From NCBI GenBank assembly GCA_963667565.1, contig OY763415.1, positions 542,019-606,018 on the forward strand: a stretch of 64,000 nucleotides of DNA, read 5' to 3'. The stretch comes from Acholeplasmataceae bacterium (GTDB lineage Bacteria > Bacillota_I > Bacilli_A > Acholeplasmatales > Acholeplasmataceae). Shown piece by piece: positions 19,656 through 31,006 of this stretch (position 1 is the stretch's first letter; every line of letters starts with the position of its first letter). The translations under genes and the position numbers were made by a program. The notes beneath the pieces were generated by a model, which was not told where the DNA came from, ran no database searches, and saw nothing but the letters and a program-made list of their open reading frames with translations.

Positions 19656-21785
19656 ATGAATGAAAAAAAAGTTTTTGAGACGACCTTAGGTGATAGACCT
19701 TTAGTTGTCGAAATTGGAGAAGTTGCAAAACAAGCAAATGGTGCAGCTTTAGTTAGATATGGTGATTCTGTTGTTTTAAGTGTTGTTACTGCAAAAACAG
19801 AACCATCAAATGGAGATTTCTTCCCATTAATGGTTATTTATCAAGAAAAGCTTTATGCTGCTGGTAAAATACCTGGAGGATTCTTAAGAAGAGAAGGTAG
19901 ACCTTCTGAACATGAAACATTAACATCAAGATTAATTGACAGACCACTTCGTCCAATGTTTCCTGAAGGATTTAAAAACGAAGTACAAGTTGTAAATACA
20001 GTATTAAGCAGTGATCCAAAATGCACACCTGAAATGGCATCTATGTTTGGTTCATCACTTGTATTAGGTATTTCAAACATTCCATTTAATGGACCAGTTG
20101 CTGGTGTTCAAGTGGGTAGAGTTAATGGTGAATACATCATCAATCCGACACCTGAACAACAATTACTAAGCGATATTGACTTAACATTAGCTGGAACTAA
20201 AGTTGCAATCAACATGGTTGAAGCTGGTGCTAAACAAGTGTCGGAAGCTGACATGTTAGGTGCTATTTTATTTGGTCATAATGCAATCAAAGCGTTAGTT
20301 GCATTCCAAGAAAAGATTATTGCTGAATTAAATCCACAAAAAATGGATTATGAAGTACTTGAAATTCCGGAAGATCTTAAAAAAGCCGTTTATGATGTTT
20401 GCTATGATGAGTTAGTCGCTGCTGTATCTATCTTTGATAAATTAGAAAGATATAGAAAAATTGATGAAATCATTGAAAAGACTAAAGATCAATTTGGTGA
20501 TAAAGCGTTCTTCAAAGTCATTGAAGGTAAAGATGTCTTTGATCAAAAAGCCTATACACATTATTTGAATCAATTAGATGCTATTCTTAATGGTATTGTA
20601 ACGCATGAAGTTAGAAGATTAATCACTGAAGATAAAGTAAGACCTGATGGACGTAAAGTCGATGAAATCAGACCATTATCTTCACGTGTAGATTTATTAC
20701 CTCGTGCGCATGGATCATCACTATTTACAAGAGGTCAAACACAAGCATTAGGTACAGTAACATTAGGCGCGTTAGGTGAAAACCAAATTATTGATGGTCT
20801 TTCTGAAGAAGACACAAAACGCTTTATGTTACATTACAATTTCCCACCATTTTCAGTTGGTGAAACTGGACGTTATGGTTCACCAGGAAGAAGAGAAATT
20901 GGACATGGTGCTTTAGGAGAAAGAGCATTACTACAAGTGTTACCAGACGAAGAAGCTTTCCCATATTCAATTCGTGTTGTATCTGAGATTTTAGAATCCA
21001 ATGGTTCTAGTTCACAAGCTACAATTTGTGCAGGTTCAATGGCTTTAATGGCTGCAGGGGTACCCATTTTATCACCTGTTGCAGGTATTGCTATGGGTCT
21101 TATTATGGAAGGCGACAACTATACAATCTTAAGTGATATCCAAGGTATGGAAGATCATGAAGGTGATATGGACTTTAAAGTTGCTGGTACTAAAGATGGT
21201 ATTACTGCATTACAAATGGATATTAAGATTTCAGGTATTACTAAAGAAATCTTAGAAGAAGCATTAGAACAAGCAAGAAAATCAAGATTACATATTTTAG
21301 ATCATATGAACCAAACGATTAGTCAACCAAGAGAAGAATTATCAGATTATGCTCCAAAAGTTAAGATGATAAAAATCAATCCTGATAAGATTAGAGACGT
21401 TATTGGTGCAGGTGGTAAAATTATTACTCAAATTATCGAAGATAATGACAATGTCAAGATTGATATCGAACAAGATGGACGTGTATTCTTAATGCACAGT
21501 AATTCTAAAGTTATCGATAAAGTTGCGCAATATATTCAAGATTTAGTTAAAGTTGCTGAAGTTGGAAAAATCTATGAAGGTAAAGTAACTAGAGTTGAAA
21601 AATTCGGATGCTTTGTTGAATTATGGCCAGGTGCTGAAGGTTTAGTGCATATTTCAAGACTTGCTAAAGAAAGAGTTGAAAAAACTGAAGATGTTGTTTC
21701 AGTTGGAGATCAAATTTTAGTTAAATGTATTGGTATTGATGATAAAGGTAGAATTGATTTATCAAGAAAAGATGCATTAAAGTAA
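19656..21785 (+). CDS. pnp: Polyribonucleotide nucleotidyltransferase (PNPase)
   Basis: Two RNase PH domains ([26 protein letters not shown]), KH and S1 domains. Confidence 0.98.
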   Translation: MNEKKVFETTLGDRPLVVEIGEVAKQANGAALVRYGDSVVLSVVTAKTEPSNGDFFPLMVIYQEKLYAAGKIPGGFLRREGRPSEHETLTSRLIDRPLRPMFPEGFKNEVQVVNTVLSSDPKCTPEMASMFGSSLVLGISNIPFNGPVAGVQVGRVNGEYIINPTPEQQLLSDIDLTLAGTKVAINMVEAGAKQVSEADMLGAILFGHNAIKALVAFQEKIIAELNPQKMDYEVLEIPEDLKKAVYDVCYDELVAAVSIFDKLERYRKIDEIIEKTKDQFGDKAFFKVIEGKDVFDQKAYTHYLNQLDAILNGIVTHEVRRLITEDKVRPDGRKVDEIRPLSSRVDLLPRAHGSSLFTRGQTQALGTVTLGALGENQIIDGLSEEDTKRFMLHYNFPPFSVGETGRYGSPGRREIGHGALGERALLQVLPDEEAFPYSIRVVSEILESNGSSSQATICAGSMALMAAGVPILSPVAGIAMGLIMEGDNYTILSDIQGMEDHEGDMDFKVAGTKDGITALQMDIKISGITKEILEEALEQARKSRLHILDHMNQTISQPREELSDYAPKVKMIKINPDKIRDVIGAGGKIITQIIEDNDNVKIDIEQDGRVFLMHSNSKVIDKVAQYIQDLVKVAEVGKIYEGKVTRVEKFGCFVELWPGAEGLVHISRLAKERVEKTEDVVSVGDQILVKCIGIDDKGRIDLSRKDALK

Positions 21786-21816
21786 TTTGATTTAAAAAAT
21801 TAGTGATAAAATATAG

Positions 21817-22165
21817 TTGTTGGTGGAAGGTGACCGAGCCTTATAAAGGTTAGGAAAGTCCATGCTAGCACATTCTGAGATGAATGTAGTGTTTGTGCCT
21901 AAGGAAAACATAACTTAGGGTATGAGTATTCATAACGGCATCTGATGACCTAAGGGAAACTATGGTCTTAAGATAAAACGTGCCACAGAAACGAGTTATT
22001 TAGAAATAAATAAATGAAACGCGGTAAACCCCTCAAGCTAGCAACCCAAAATATGGTAGGGGCACATGTATGGATGAAATGAAAGAAATACATGCTACTT
22101 GTAGAGATAAATGGTCACAACCTATCTTTGATAGGATACAGAACATGGCTTATGCACACTAACAA
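21817..22165 (+). ncRNA. rnpB: RNase P RNA (bacterial type B)
   Basis: GGAAAGTCCATGC (21853 onward), GTGCCACAGAAAC, GCGGTAAACCCC, ACAGAACATGGCTTA; P1 TTGTTGGTG pairs with CACTAACAA; extended -10 upstream, terminator downstream. Confidence 0.95.
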
Positions 22166-22168
22166 ATT

Positions 22169-22197
22169 AAAGGTCCTCATTTGAGGACCTTTTCTTT
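22169..22197 (+). terminator. Intrinsic terminator after rnpB
   Basis: AAAGGTCCTC-attt-GAGGACCTTT plus T-run. Confidence 0.85.
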
Positions 22198-22229
22198 TTA
22201 TATGATATAATAAATATAAATAATATGAG

Positions 22230-22883
22230 GTGAAAAGTATGATTGCACATGTAAATGGTATTGATATATATTATGAAATCATTGGCTCAGGTAAGCCACT
22301 TGTATTACTTCATGGTAATGGTGAAGACCATCATACATTTGATCAATTAGCTGATGTTATGAAAGAAAATTATCAAGTTATTTTAATTGATTCTAGATGT
22401 CATGGACTTAGTGAAAAAAACATAGAGATCACATTTGATTTGATGGCAATGGATGTGATTGCATTATTAGAGTATTTAAACATAAAAGATGTCACATTAT
22501 TAGGTTTTTCAGATGGTGGAATCGTTGGCTTAAAGATTGCTACTATGCGTGAATATCTTTTGAACAAACTGATTTTATGTGGTGTTAATTTTCATCCTAA
22601 AGGTGTTAAAAAAGAATTCTATAAACAACTTAAAGGATGGTATAAAAAAAATAAAAGTCCTCTCATCAAATTAATGATGAAAGAACCTAAATTTAAGATT
22701 AAAGATTTAAAACAAATCACTGTTGATACAACAATTATAGTTGGTGAGCATGATTTAATTGACATTGACCATACCTATAAATTACATCAATATATCTATG
22801 ATAGCTCGCTTTATGTATTAAATGATGAAAATCATGAAAGTTACGTCATGCATCAAACAAAATTAAAGGATTTTATTTTATAA
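22230..22883 (+). CDS. Alpha/beta hydrolase
   Basis: LLHGNG, DSRCHG, GFSDGG nucleophile elbow. Confidence 0.88.
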   Translation: MKSMIAHVNGIDIYYEIIGSGKPLVLLHGNGEDHHTFDQLADVMKENYQVILIDSRCHGLSEKNIEITFDLMAMDVIALLEYLNIKDVTLLGFSDGGIVGLKIATMREYLLNKLILCGVNFHPKGVKKEFYKQLKGWYKKNKSPLIKLMMKEPKFKIKDLKQITVDTTIIVGEHDLIDIDHTYKLHQYIYDSSLYVLNDENHESYVMHQTKLKDFIL

Positions 22884-23873
22884 AATACCAAAAGTTCTTA
22901 AAATGATGTATGCAATATAAGTGACATAAATAAATAATAATGTGTAACCAAATGGTTTTTTAAGTGTTTTAGTAAAGACACTCATTAAGAATACAATAAC
23001 TGTAATACCAAGTGCAATAAATAAATCAATGGCAACGCCAGATGAAATACCAAGTGGTGTTACAATACCTGATAGACCGACAATAAGAAGTGTATTAAAG
23101 ACATTTGAGCCAATCACATTTCCAAGTGCAATATCACTTTCACCTTTTTTAGCTGCAACGATTGAAGTAACAAGTTCTGGAAGTGATGTTCCAAGTGCAA
23201 CTACACTTAAGCCTATAAATGCTTGCGCATTAGAACGTGCAACATTAAATCCATCAGTTAATAACGTAACTGCTAAGTATTCAGCTGTGTTTGTAACAAG
23301 CATGCCACCTGCAGTGACACCAATGATACCGATAACTAATAAAATGATTGCTTTTTTTGTATCAATGACATGGATTTCTTCAACTGGAACTTCATCTTTA
23401 TCAGTTTTTAGCATCATGTACATATATATAGCAAATAATAGAAGTAAAATTAGTGCTTCTAATTGTGAAATTTGATGATCTGCTTGAAATAATACACCAA
23501 ATAATGCAATGACTAATGTAATGATGATAAGGAATGGAAATTCTCTTCTTAATAAAGTTTTTTTAACAGCTATTGGCATCATGACTGCACTGGCACCTAA
23601 AATCAGTGTTAAATTAGCAATATTTGAACCAATAACATTTCCCATTGCAATATCTGCGGTCGTTCCAGCTGTTTTAGCAGCTAAGGATGCAGTAAAACTT
23701 ACGGCAAGTTCTGGTAGTGATGTCCCAAACGCAACAAGTGTTAAACCAATCACAATCGTTGGAACTTTTAGTTTTTTAGCAATTGAGCTAGAGGAGTCTA
23801 CGAAAAAGTCAGCACCTTTAATAAGTAAAATAAAACCTAGAATTAATCCTAAAATATTTAAAAAAATCTGCAT
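22878..23873 (-). CDS. Calcium/sodium antiporter (CaCA, YrbG-like)
   Basis: Two alpha-repeats GTSLPEL...GNVIGSN. Confidence 0.93.
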   Translation of the reverse strand: MQIFLNILGLILGFILLIKGADFFVDSSSSIAKKLKVPTIVIGLTLVAFGTSLPELAVSFTASLAAKTAGTTADIAMGNVIGSNIANLTLILGASAVMMPIAVKKTLLRREFPFLIIITLVIALFGVLFQADHQISQLEALILLLLFAIYMYMMLKTDKDEVPVEEIHVIDTKKAIILLVIGIIGVTAGGMLVTNTAEYLAVTLLTDGFNVARSNAQAFIGLSVVALGTSLPELVTSIVAAKKGESDIALGNVIGSNVFNTLLIVGLSGIVTPLGISSGVAIDLFIALGITVIVFLMSVFTKTLKKPFGYTLLFIYVTYIAYIILRTFGIL

Positions 23874-23993
23874 GATTGACGATCCTCTATTCTTGATGTT
23901 TGTTAATAACTAACTAGTTATCATTTTAGCATAAATGACGACTTATAACAAGGTAAAACGATTGTTAAAATCATGCATAAAAATATACAATCA

Positions 23994-24022
23994 TTGACTT
24001 TTTACATAAAAAATAGTAATAT
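23994..24022 (+). promoter_or_regulatory. Candidate promoter for the tandem CorC genes
   Basis: TTGACT (23994-23999), 17-bp spacer, TAATAT (24017-24022). Confidence 0.55.
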
Positions 24023-24060
24023 AATATCATCATAGATTCATGGAGGAATCAATTACTTTA

Positions 24061-24183
24061 ATGGAAGATTGCAGTAGTAGGATCGAAGATCCCATATATC
24101 AGATACTCAAAGACATTGAACAAACATCTTTTTTTGGTGTCTTTTTTTGTTGTATAAAGGGGGCATATCATGATACTTTCTAG
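24061..24183 (+). other. Candidate leader ORF (40 aa, MEDCSSRIEDP...) with embedded terminator-like hairpin, overlapping the CorC start
   Basis: Open frame read by hand (in-frame ATG also at 24040); GGAGG upstream; AAAGACAT/GTGTCTTT stem followed by T-run at about 24109-24148. Confidence 0.4.
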
Positions 24184-25468
24184 TATAATTGTTTTAGTTT
24201 TTGTATTGATCACTGCCATTTTAAGTAGTGCTCAAGTGGCACTTGTTGCTGTAAGTAATTTACAAGTTGAAGAAGATGTTGATCAAAAACAAAAACAAGC
24301 TAAAAAAGTGCTTAAGATTATTGATGAACCAGGTAACTATTTAGTTACTATTCAAACACATATTTCACTACTTACCATTATTTCAAGTGCGTTAACATTT
24401 ACTTATATTTATCAAGGCGCACTATCTTGGTTTAACAATCCTAATACGTATGTTAAATTATTGACACTCATCATTATTGGATTTTTGTTATTACTCATAC
24501 AAGTTGTTTTTGGAAGAATGATTCCTAAAAGAATGGCAAATAAGTTCCCAAAAAGAATTGCATACAATGTTGCAGGATTTGTTATTTTCTTATCTTATTT
24601 GACAAAACCACTTGAATATCTATTTACTAAAATTTCTATTATATTTGGTCATTTGTTTGGTCTATCTGCAAAAGATGGAGAGCGTTTAATGACTGAAGAA
24701 GAAATTAGAAATATCGTTGAAGAAAGTTCTAAGAGCGGTGAGATTGAGGCTTCAGAAAGCGAAATGATTCAAAATATTTTTGATTTCAGTGATACGCTTG
24801 TTGAAGAAATTATGACACATAGAACTGAAATAGCAGCACTAAATATTAAATCAACTAAAAAGCAAGTTTTAGCATATATGCAGGATGAACATTACACAAG
24901 ATATCCAGTATATGAAAAAGATTTAGATCACATTATAGGTACTGTTCATGTTAAAGATTTATTAAAATACACAGATACTGAGGAGCGCTTCTCACTTAAA
25001 GATATTTTAAGACAACCTATATTTATTCCAGACTCTAAAAAAACGAGTGAATTGTTTAAAGAAATGCAAAAAGAAAAAAACCATATTGCTATCGTTTTAG
25101 ATGAATATGGTGGTACAGCTGGTTTAGTGACAATTGAAGATTTAATTGAAGAAATTGTTGGAAATATCTTTGATGAATATGATGAAGTTGAAGAAGATAT
25201 TCATCAACTTGATGAACACACATATATTGTTAATGGATTATCTAACATTGATGATGTTGAAGATGATTTGGATTTAGATTTACCAGTTGATGATTATGAT
25301 ACTGTTAGTGGTTTTATTTTAGGGCAACTTGGACGTCTTCCAGAGGAGGATGAACATATCGAATTCACTTATGAAGGTCATGAATATCAAGTATTAGAAA
25401 TTGAGCAAAATGTTATTAAAAAAGTAAAAATTATTAAAAATGATATCAATGAGGAAGATGAGGACTAA
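24170..25468 (+). CDS. HlyC/CorC (CNNM) family Mg/Co efflux protein, paralog 1
   Basis: DUF21 TM domain, tandem CBS (YTRYPVY, LDEYGGTAGLVTIED), C-terminal CorC domain. Confidence 0.92.
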   Translation: MILSSIIVLVFVLITAILSSAQVALVAVSNLQVEEDVDQKQKQAKKVLKIIDEPGNYLVTIQTHISLLTIISSALTFTYIYQGALSWFNNPNTYVKLLTLIIIGFLLLLIQVVFGRMIPKRMANKFPKRIAYNVAGFVIFLSYLTKPLEYLFTKISIIFGHLFGLSAKDGERLMTEEEIRNIVEESSKSGEIEASESEMIQNIFDFSDTLVEEIMTHRTEIAALNIKSTKKQVLAYMQDEHYTRYPVYEKDLDHIIGTVHVKDLLKYTDTEERFSLKDILRQPIFIPDSKKTSELFKEMQKEKNHIAIVLDEYGGTAGLVTIEDLIEEIVGNIFDEYDEVEEDIHQLDEHTYIVNGLSNIDDVEDDLDLDLPVDDYDTVSGFILGQLGRLPEEDEHIEFTYEGHEYQVLEIEQNVIKKVKIIKNDINEEDED

Positions 25469-26736
25469 TGGGGCCGCAGGATTATATACAAATTTCAGTT
25501 TTAGCCATATTAATTATTCTATCAGCATTTTTTTCATCAGCTGAAACTGCATTTTCATCTATCAATAATATAAAATTGAAGCATATGATTCAAAATGGAC
25601 ATAAAAAAGCAGAAAAAACATTAGAACTTTCTGAAAATTTTGAATCAGTTTTAACGACGCTTTTAATTGGAAATAATATTGTTAATATCTTAGCTGCATC
25701 AATTGCTACTATATTTTTTGTAAAACATATTAATGAGCAAGCAGGTCCAGCTATAGCAACTGCTGTCATGACAGTTTTAGTACTTATTTTTGGTGAGATT
25801 ACACCAAAAACATTTGCTAAACGTATTCCTGAAAAGTATTCTATTGCGATCACACCAATACTTGTTGGCTTCATGTTTATTTTAAAACCTTTAGCTATTA
25901 TATTTGGAACCATTCAAAAGATCATGAAGAAATCAATCAAAACAGAAGAATCTACGATTTCTGAAGATGAATTATTAACTTATGTAAGTGAAGTTCAAAA
26001 TGAAGGTGGCATTAATGAAAACGAGGAAGAACTCATTTCAAGAGTGATTGATTTTGATGATTTACTCGTTAAAGATATTTTAACACCTAGAATGCAAGTG
26101 ATTGCGATTAATGAACATGATGAAAATGATAAAATAATCATTGCATTTAAACGTTCTGGCTATTCAAGATTACCTGTTTATGATACAAATATTGATCATA
26201 TCATCGGCGTGATTAATCATAAAGACTTCTATAATCGAGTATTACTTGATAAACAACAACTAGATGATATAATTTTCCCAGCTGTCTTTGTCACCGAATA
26301 TATGAAAGTTGTTAACTTACTTGATTTATTTAGAGCTAATAAATCCCATATGGCGATTGTTAAAGATGAGTTTGGTGGAACTATTGGTATTGTTACGATG
26401 GAAGATATTTTAGAAGAACTTGTTGGTGACATTTGGGATGAGCATGATGAGATTGTAGAACAAGTCATTAAAGTCAATGATTTCGAATATAGGGTCAAAG
26501 GACATGCGGAAATTGATGTGTTATTCGAGCAATTGGGTGTTGAGATTGATCATGAATATGCGACTGTCAATGGATGGGTTGTTGATGAGTTTGGTCATAT
26601 TCCCTTTATTGGAGAATCATTTCAATTCAATAACTTGTTGATTACAGTGACATCTGCAGATACGAAAAAAGTACTTGAAGTTACGATTAAAATTCAAAAT
26701 ATTGAAGAAGAATTAACTGAAGAAGTTGATGAATAA
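25468..26736 (+). CDS. HlyC/CorC (CNNM) family protein, paralog 2
   Basis: SAFFSSAETA, GEITPKT, YSRLPVY, DEFGGTIGIVTMED. Confidence 0.93.
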   Translation: MGPQDYIQISVLAILIILSAFFSSAETAFSSINNIKLKHMIQNGHKKAEKTLELSENFESVLTTLLIGNNIVNILAASIATIFFVKHINEQAGPAIATAVMTVLVLIFGEITPKTFAKRIPEKYSIAITPILVGFMFILKPLAIIFGTIQKIMKKSIKTEESTISEDELLTYVSEVQNEGGINENEEELISRVIDFDDLLVKDILTPRMQVIAINEHDENDKIIIAFKRSGYSRLPVYDTNIDHIIGVINHKDFYNRVLLDKQQLDDIIFPAVFVTEYMKVVNLLDLFRANKSHMAIVKDEFGGTIGIVTMEDILEELVGDIWDEHDEIVEQVIKVNDFEYRVKGHAEIDVLFEQLGVEIDHEYATVNGWVVDEFGHIPFIGESFQFNNLLITVTSADTKKVLEVTIKIQNIEEELTEEVDE

Positions 26737-26760
26737 ATAGGTAGAAGTACCTATTTTTTA
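26736..26760. terminator. Intrinsic terminator after CorC paralog 2
   Basis: AATAGGTA-gaag-TACCTATT plus T-run. Confidence 0.75.
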
Positions 26761-26783
26761 TTAAAAAAAAGAATGAATATTTT

Positions 26784-26930
26784 TTAGTTTGAAAATGCAT
26801 TTGATGCTTGTTCAAATACAAAGTAGAAATCTATAGTATCAATGGTAGCTGATTCTAAAGCATCATCACTACATGCTACTAGCGCAAAAGCAAGTAATAC
26901 CACGACTCGTAGTAAACTTCACTTTCTCAT
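26784..26930 (-). pseudogene. Lipoprotein gene remnant with TGA at codon 4
   Basis: GGAGG RBS then ATG AGA AAG TGA, continuing in frame as SLLRVVVLLAFALVAC-SDDALES...AFSN*; hydrophobic signal with lipobox LVAC. Confidence 0.55.
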
Positions 26931-27129
26931 TATTTAGTTACCTCCAAGAATTATATCTTATACCGTGATTATACATAAAAAAACGATCGAACAAGCAATA
27001 TTATAAATGGTTTAGATAATTATTTTATTCAATAAAAAAAAACACTTTTTTTAGCAATAAACGCTTAATTCGCTTTATTTAAATGCTAATAAATGTTAAA
27101 ATACTTTAGGAAAGGTTTGATTGATATTA

Positions 27130-28953
27130 ATGAAACATAACACATTAAATGACAGACAAAAGAAAATAAGAAACTTTTCTATCATAGCACATATTGACCA
27201 CGGTAAATCAACGCTTGCTGATCGTATATTAGAAAAAACAAATACGGTATCACAACGTGAAATGAAAGAACAACTTCTAGATTCAATGGATTTAGAAAGA
27301 GAACGTGGTATTACAATTAAACTAAATGCAGTTGAATTAGAATATTTAGCTAAAGATGGACAAACATATATCATGCACCTTATAGATACACCTGGTCATG
27401 TCGATTTCACTTATGAAGTCTCTAGATCACTTGCAGCTTGTGAAGGTGCTATTTTAGTCGTGGATGCGGCTCAGGGGATTGAAGCACAAACGCTCGCAAA
27501 TGTTTATTTGGCTATAGATAATGATTTAGAAATTATTCCAGTCATCAATAAAATTGATTTACCTAGTGCAGAACCTCAAAAAGTCATTAATGAGATAGAA
27601 GATGTGATTGGTATTCCAGCACAAGACGCTATCTTGGCATCTGCAAAATCAGGTATTGGTATTGAGGATATTCTTGAAAGAATTATAACAAGTGTACCAG
27701 CACCTACTGGAGATGCAAATGAGCCATTACAAGCATTAGTTTTTGATTCAGTTTTTGATGCATATAAAGGTGTTATTCCTTCAATTAGAGTCGTTAATGG
27801 TACGATCCAAAAGGGCGATATAATTGAATTTATGGCGACTAAAGCAAAATACGAAGTTGTTGAAGTTGGTGTTCATACACCTAAAATTGAAAAAAGAGAT
27901 ATTTTAGGACCTGGTGATGTTGGGTATATCAATGCTGCGATTAAAGATATTAATACAGTAAGTGTTGGAGATACCATCACACATGCAAATCAGAAAGCAG
28001 TAAAACCATTACCTGGATATCGTAAAATGAATTCAGTTGTTTTCTGTGGTATATACCCTATTGATTCTGATCAATATAATGATTTGAAAGATGCTTTAGA
28101 AAAGCTTAAATTAAATGATGCATCACTACTTTATGAACCTGAAACATCACAAGCTTTAGGTTTTGGATTTAGAACTGGTTTTCTTGGATTACTTCATATG
28201 GAAATTATTCAAGAGCGTATTAGAAGAGAGTTTGGTATTGAATTGATAGCGACTGCACCTTCAGTTGTTTATCATGTCTTTTTAACAGATGGATCAATGA
28301 TTGAAATTGATAATCCATCAAAATTACCTCAACCACAAGTCATTGATTATATTCAAGAACCTTTTGTTAAAGCAACCATCATGGCACCAAAAGATTATAT
28401 TGGTGCAGTCATGGATATTTCTCAGAAGAAACGCGGTATCTTTGGCGATATGAAATATATCGATAGTAATCGTGTGACAATCACTTATGACTTACCTTTA
28501 TCTGAAATTGTTTATGATTTCTTTGATAAATTAAAATCATCCACTAAAGGTTATGCTTCATTTGATTATGAAATGGCTGGATATAAAACATCTAAACTTC
28601 AAAAGATGGATATTTTATTAAATGGTGAAATCATTGATGCACTATCCTTAATTGTTCATAGAGATTTTGCTTATAATAGAGGAAAAGTAATCTGTGACAA
28701 AATGGTTGAATTAATTCCTCGTCAAATGTTTGAAATTCCTATTCAAGCTGCATTGGGCACTAAAATTATCGCAAGAACGAACATTAGAGCAATGCGTAAA
28801 GACGTTTTAGCTAAATGTTATGGTGGCGATATTTCAAGAAAGAAAAAATTATTAGAAAAACAAAAAGAAGGAAAGAAAAAGATGAAATCTATTGGTAGAG
28901 TTGATGTACCTCAAGAAGCTTTCATGGCAATTCTTTCTAATAGTGATGATTAA
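27130..28953 (+). CDS. lepA: Elongation factor 4
   Basis: [35 protein letters not shown]; start moved to ATG 27130. Confidence 0.98.
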   Translation: MKHNTLNDRQKKIRNFSIIAHIDHGKSTLADRILEKTNTVSQREMKEQLLDSMDLERERGITIKLNAVELEYLAKDGQTYIMHLIDTPGHVDFTYEVSRSLAACEGAILVVDAAQGIEAQTLANVYLAIDNDLEIIPVINKIDLPSAEPQKVINEIEDVIGIPAQDAILASAKSGIGIEDILERIITSVPAPTGDANEPLQALVFDSVFDAYKGVIPSIRVVNGTIQKGDIIEFMATKAKYEVVEVGVHTPKIEKRDILGPGDVGYINAAIKDINTVSVGDTITHANQKAVKPLPGYRKMNSVVFCGIYPIDSDQYNDLKDALEKLKLNDASLLYEPETSQALGFGFRTGFLGLLHMEIIQERIRREFGIELIATAPSVVYHVFLTDGSMIEIDNPSKLPQPQVIDYIQEPFVKATIMAPKDYIGAVMDISQKKRGIFGDMKYIDSNRVTITYDLPLSEIVYDFFDKLKSSTKGYASFDYEMAGYKTSKLQKMDILLNGEIIDALSLIVHRDFAYNRGKVICDKMVELIPRQMFEIPIQAALGTKIIARTNIRAMRKDVLAKCYGGDISRKKKLLEKQKEGKKKMKSIGRVDVPQEAFMAILSNSDD

Positions 28954-29015
28954 AAAAGGTCATCACTTTTTTTATCTAAAGATAAAAGGTATAATATAGA
29001 TAAGGATGTGATTTC

Positions 29016-30107
29016 ATGAAAGGACTCTATGTCCATATTCCGTTTTGTGAATATATCTGTCATTATTGTGATTTTGTTAAACGTATACCAAAAGATCAAG
29101 AAATGATGAAAACTTATGTTGATAAATTAATTCAAGAAATCAATCTGTACAAAGATCATTTTGAAACGATTGATACGATATATATTGGTGGTGGAACACC
29201 AAGTATGTTATCTATAGATTTACTTGAGAAATTATTTATCGCTTTAAAAGAAATAAAACCTATTGAATATACGATTGAACTAAATCCTGATAGTTATTCG
29301 CATGAAAAAGGATTGTTATTTAAGTTATATGGTATTAATAGAGTCAGCATTGGCGTTCAAACATTTAATGAATCACTGCTTCATTATTTAAATAGAAAAC
29401 ACTCAAATGAACAAGTCATCTATACAGTCAAAGACTTAGAACAAATTGGTATCCCTTATTTAAGTGTTGATTTAATTTTCGCGATTCCTGGACAAACCAT
29501 GGCTGATTTAAGAAATGATTTAAAACAAATCATTGACTTAGGGATCACGCATGTCTCATGTTATTCTTTAATTTTGGAAGAAAAAACTTATTTTTATCAT
29601 CAATATCTTAAAGGTAATTTTGAGCAAATGGATGAGGATCAAGAAGCACTCATGTATGAAGAAGTCATTAAATATTTATCACATCATGGTTTTAAACAAT
29701 ATGAGATTTCTAATTTTAGTAAAAATGGTCATATCTCACACCATAATCAAATCTATTGGACACTAGATCCATATATCGGTGTTGGTTTAGGTGCGCATGG
29801 TTTTATTGATGGATATCGAACCTATAATGAACGTATCCTTGATCTATACTATGATCACTTCCAAAAAGAAAAAACACTACAAACAAAAGAAATGTTATTA
29901 CAAGATGATTTGATTTTTGGGTTAAGAAAAACAGAAGGTGTTCATATCAAATCGATTGAAGAACGGTATCAAATTAATTTGTTTGAGACTTATCCTAAAC
30001 TTAATGAACAACTCAAGATTGGACTTATAACAATAGAAAATGATTATTTGAAACTCACGAAGAAAGGGACATTATTAGGCAATCAAGTCTTTATGGTATT
30101 TATATGA
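29016..30107 (+). CDS. hemW: Radical SAM heme chaperone HemW
   Basis: YVHIPFCEYICHYCDF (HemW-type H..PFC/CxxCxF), GGGTPS; lepA-hemW order. Confidence 0.9.
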   Translation: MKGLYVHIPFCEYICHYCDFVKRIPKDQEMMKTYVDKLIQEINLYKDHFETIDTIYIGGGTPSMLSIDLLEKLFIALKEIKPIEYTIELNPDSYSHEKGLLFKLYGINRVSIGVQTFNESLLHYLNRKHSNEQVIYTVKDLEQIGIPYLSVDLIFAIPGQTMADLRNDLKQIIDLGITHVSCYSLILEEKTYFYHQYLKGNFEQMDEDQEALMYEEVIKYLSHHGFKQYEISNFSKNGHISHHNQIYWTLDPYIGVGLGAHGFIDGYRTYNERILDLYYDHFQKEKTLQTKEMLLQDDLIFGLRKTEGVHIKSIEERYQINLFETYPKLNEQLKIGLITIENDYLKLTKKGTLLGNQVFMVFI

Positions 30108-31003
30108 AATATTTGTTAAAGGACTATGAATATTATTTAAAACAAGAAAAAGGAAGAAGCCAAAATACTGTCCAAGCATATATGAAGGACTTACTTCAAT
30201 ATCAACTTTTTTTAAAGAAATACTATGATATTTCAAAACCAAAATACATCGAGAAAAAGCATATTGAAGGATACTTAAAAAGCTTATCTAGAAATTTGTC
30301 TAGCAGAAGTGTTGCAAGAAAACTTACTGCAATCAAATCATTTCATCATTTTTTGATGATTGAAAAGGAAGTAGAAAGCGATGTGTCAAAAACATTTCAA
30401 ACACCTAAAAGTGTTAAAACACTTCCCAAGGTTTTATCAGTTGATGAAGTTGTAGCTATTCTTGAGATGGTTGATAAATCAGATCCATTAGGACTTAGAA
30501 ATAAAGCTTTATTAGAACTTATATATGGTTCTGGACTTAGAGTTTCTGAATTACTCAGTGTCAAAATTGAGGATGTTCATCTCAATCAATCATATATTTT
30601 AGTCCATGGAAAAGGACAAAAAGAAAGAATTGTACCTATCTCAGATATGGCTGTGCTTGCTATTAGGAAGTATCTAATAGATGGTAGAGAGCAGTTACTT
30701 AAAGATCAACATCATGCGTATGTGTTTATTAATAATCAAGGGCATGTATTATCACGACAAGGATTTTTCAAACTATTGAAGAAACTTGCGTTAGATGCAG
30801 GTGTTGAAACTGAATGTTCACCACATACATTAAGACATTCGTTTGCGACACATTTATTAGAAAATGGTATGGACTTAAGAACACTCCAAACACTCTTAGG
30901 TCATGAAGATATTTCAACAACTCAGATTTATACTCATATCAGTCAAAAACATATTAAAGAAGTATATTTAAATGCACATCCACGTGCAAAAAAGGAGGAA
31001 TAA
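30104..31003 (+). CDS. xerD: Site-specific tyrosine recombinase XerD-like
   Basis: GLRVSEL, GKGQKER, PHTLRHSFATHLLENG, LGHEDISTTQIYTH. Confidence 0.9.
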   Translation: MKYLLKDYEYYLKQEKGRSQNTVQAYMKDLLQYQLFLKKYYDISKPKYIEKKHIEGYLKSLSRNLSSRSVARKLTAIKSFHHFLMIEKEVESDVSKTFQTPKSVKTLPKVLSVDEVVAILEMVDKSDPLGLRNKALLELIYGSGLRVSELLSVKIEDVHLNQSYILVHGKGQKERIVPISDMAVLAIRKYLIDGREQLLKDQHHAYVFINNQGHVLSRQGFFKLLKKLALDAGVETECSPHTLRHSFATHLLENGMDLRTLQTLLGHEDISTTQIYTHISQKHIKEVYLNAHPRAKKEE

Positions 31004-31006
31004 AGG

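Noticed and set aside
23029-23913. Two plus-strand ORFs (148 and 134 aa)
   Set aside because: Antisense to the antiporter; their mutual similarity only mirrors the antiporter's internal repeat.
24035-24060. Fluoride (crcB) riboswitch-like hairpin with ATGGAG loop
   Set aside because: No downstream CTCC pseudoknot partner or TAATGAC motif.
27096-27374. 92-aa minus-strand ORF
   Set aside because: Typical antisense shadow of the conserved lepA GTPase N-terminus.
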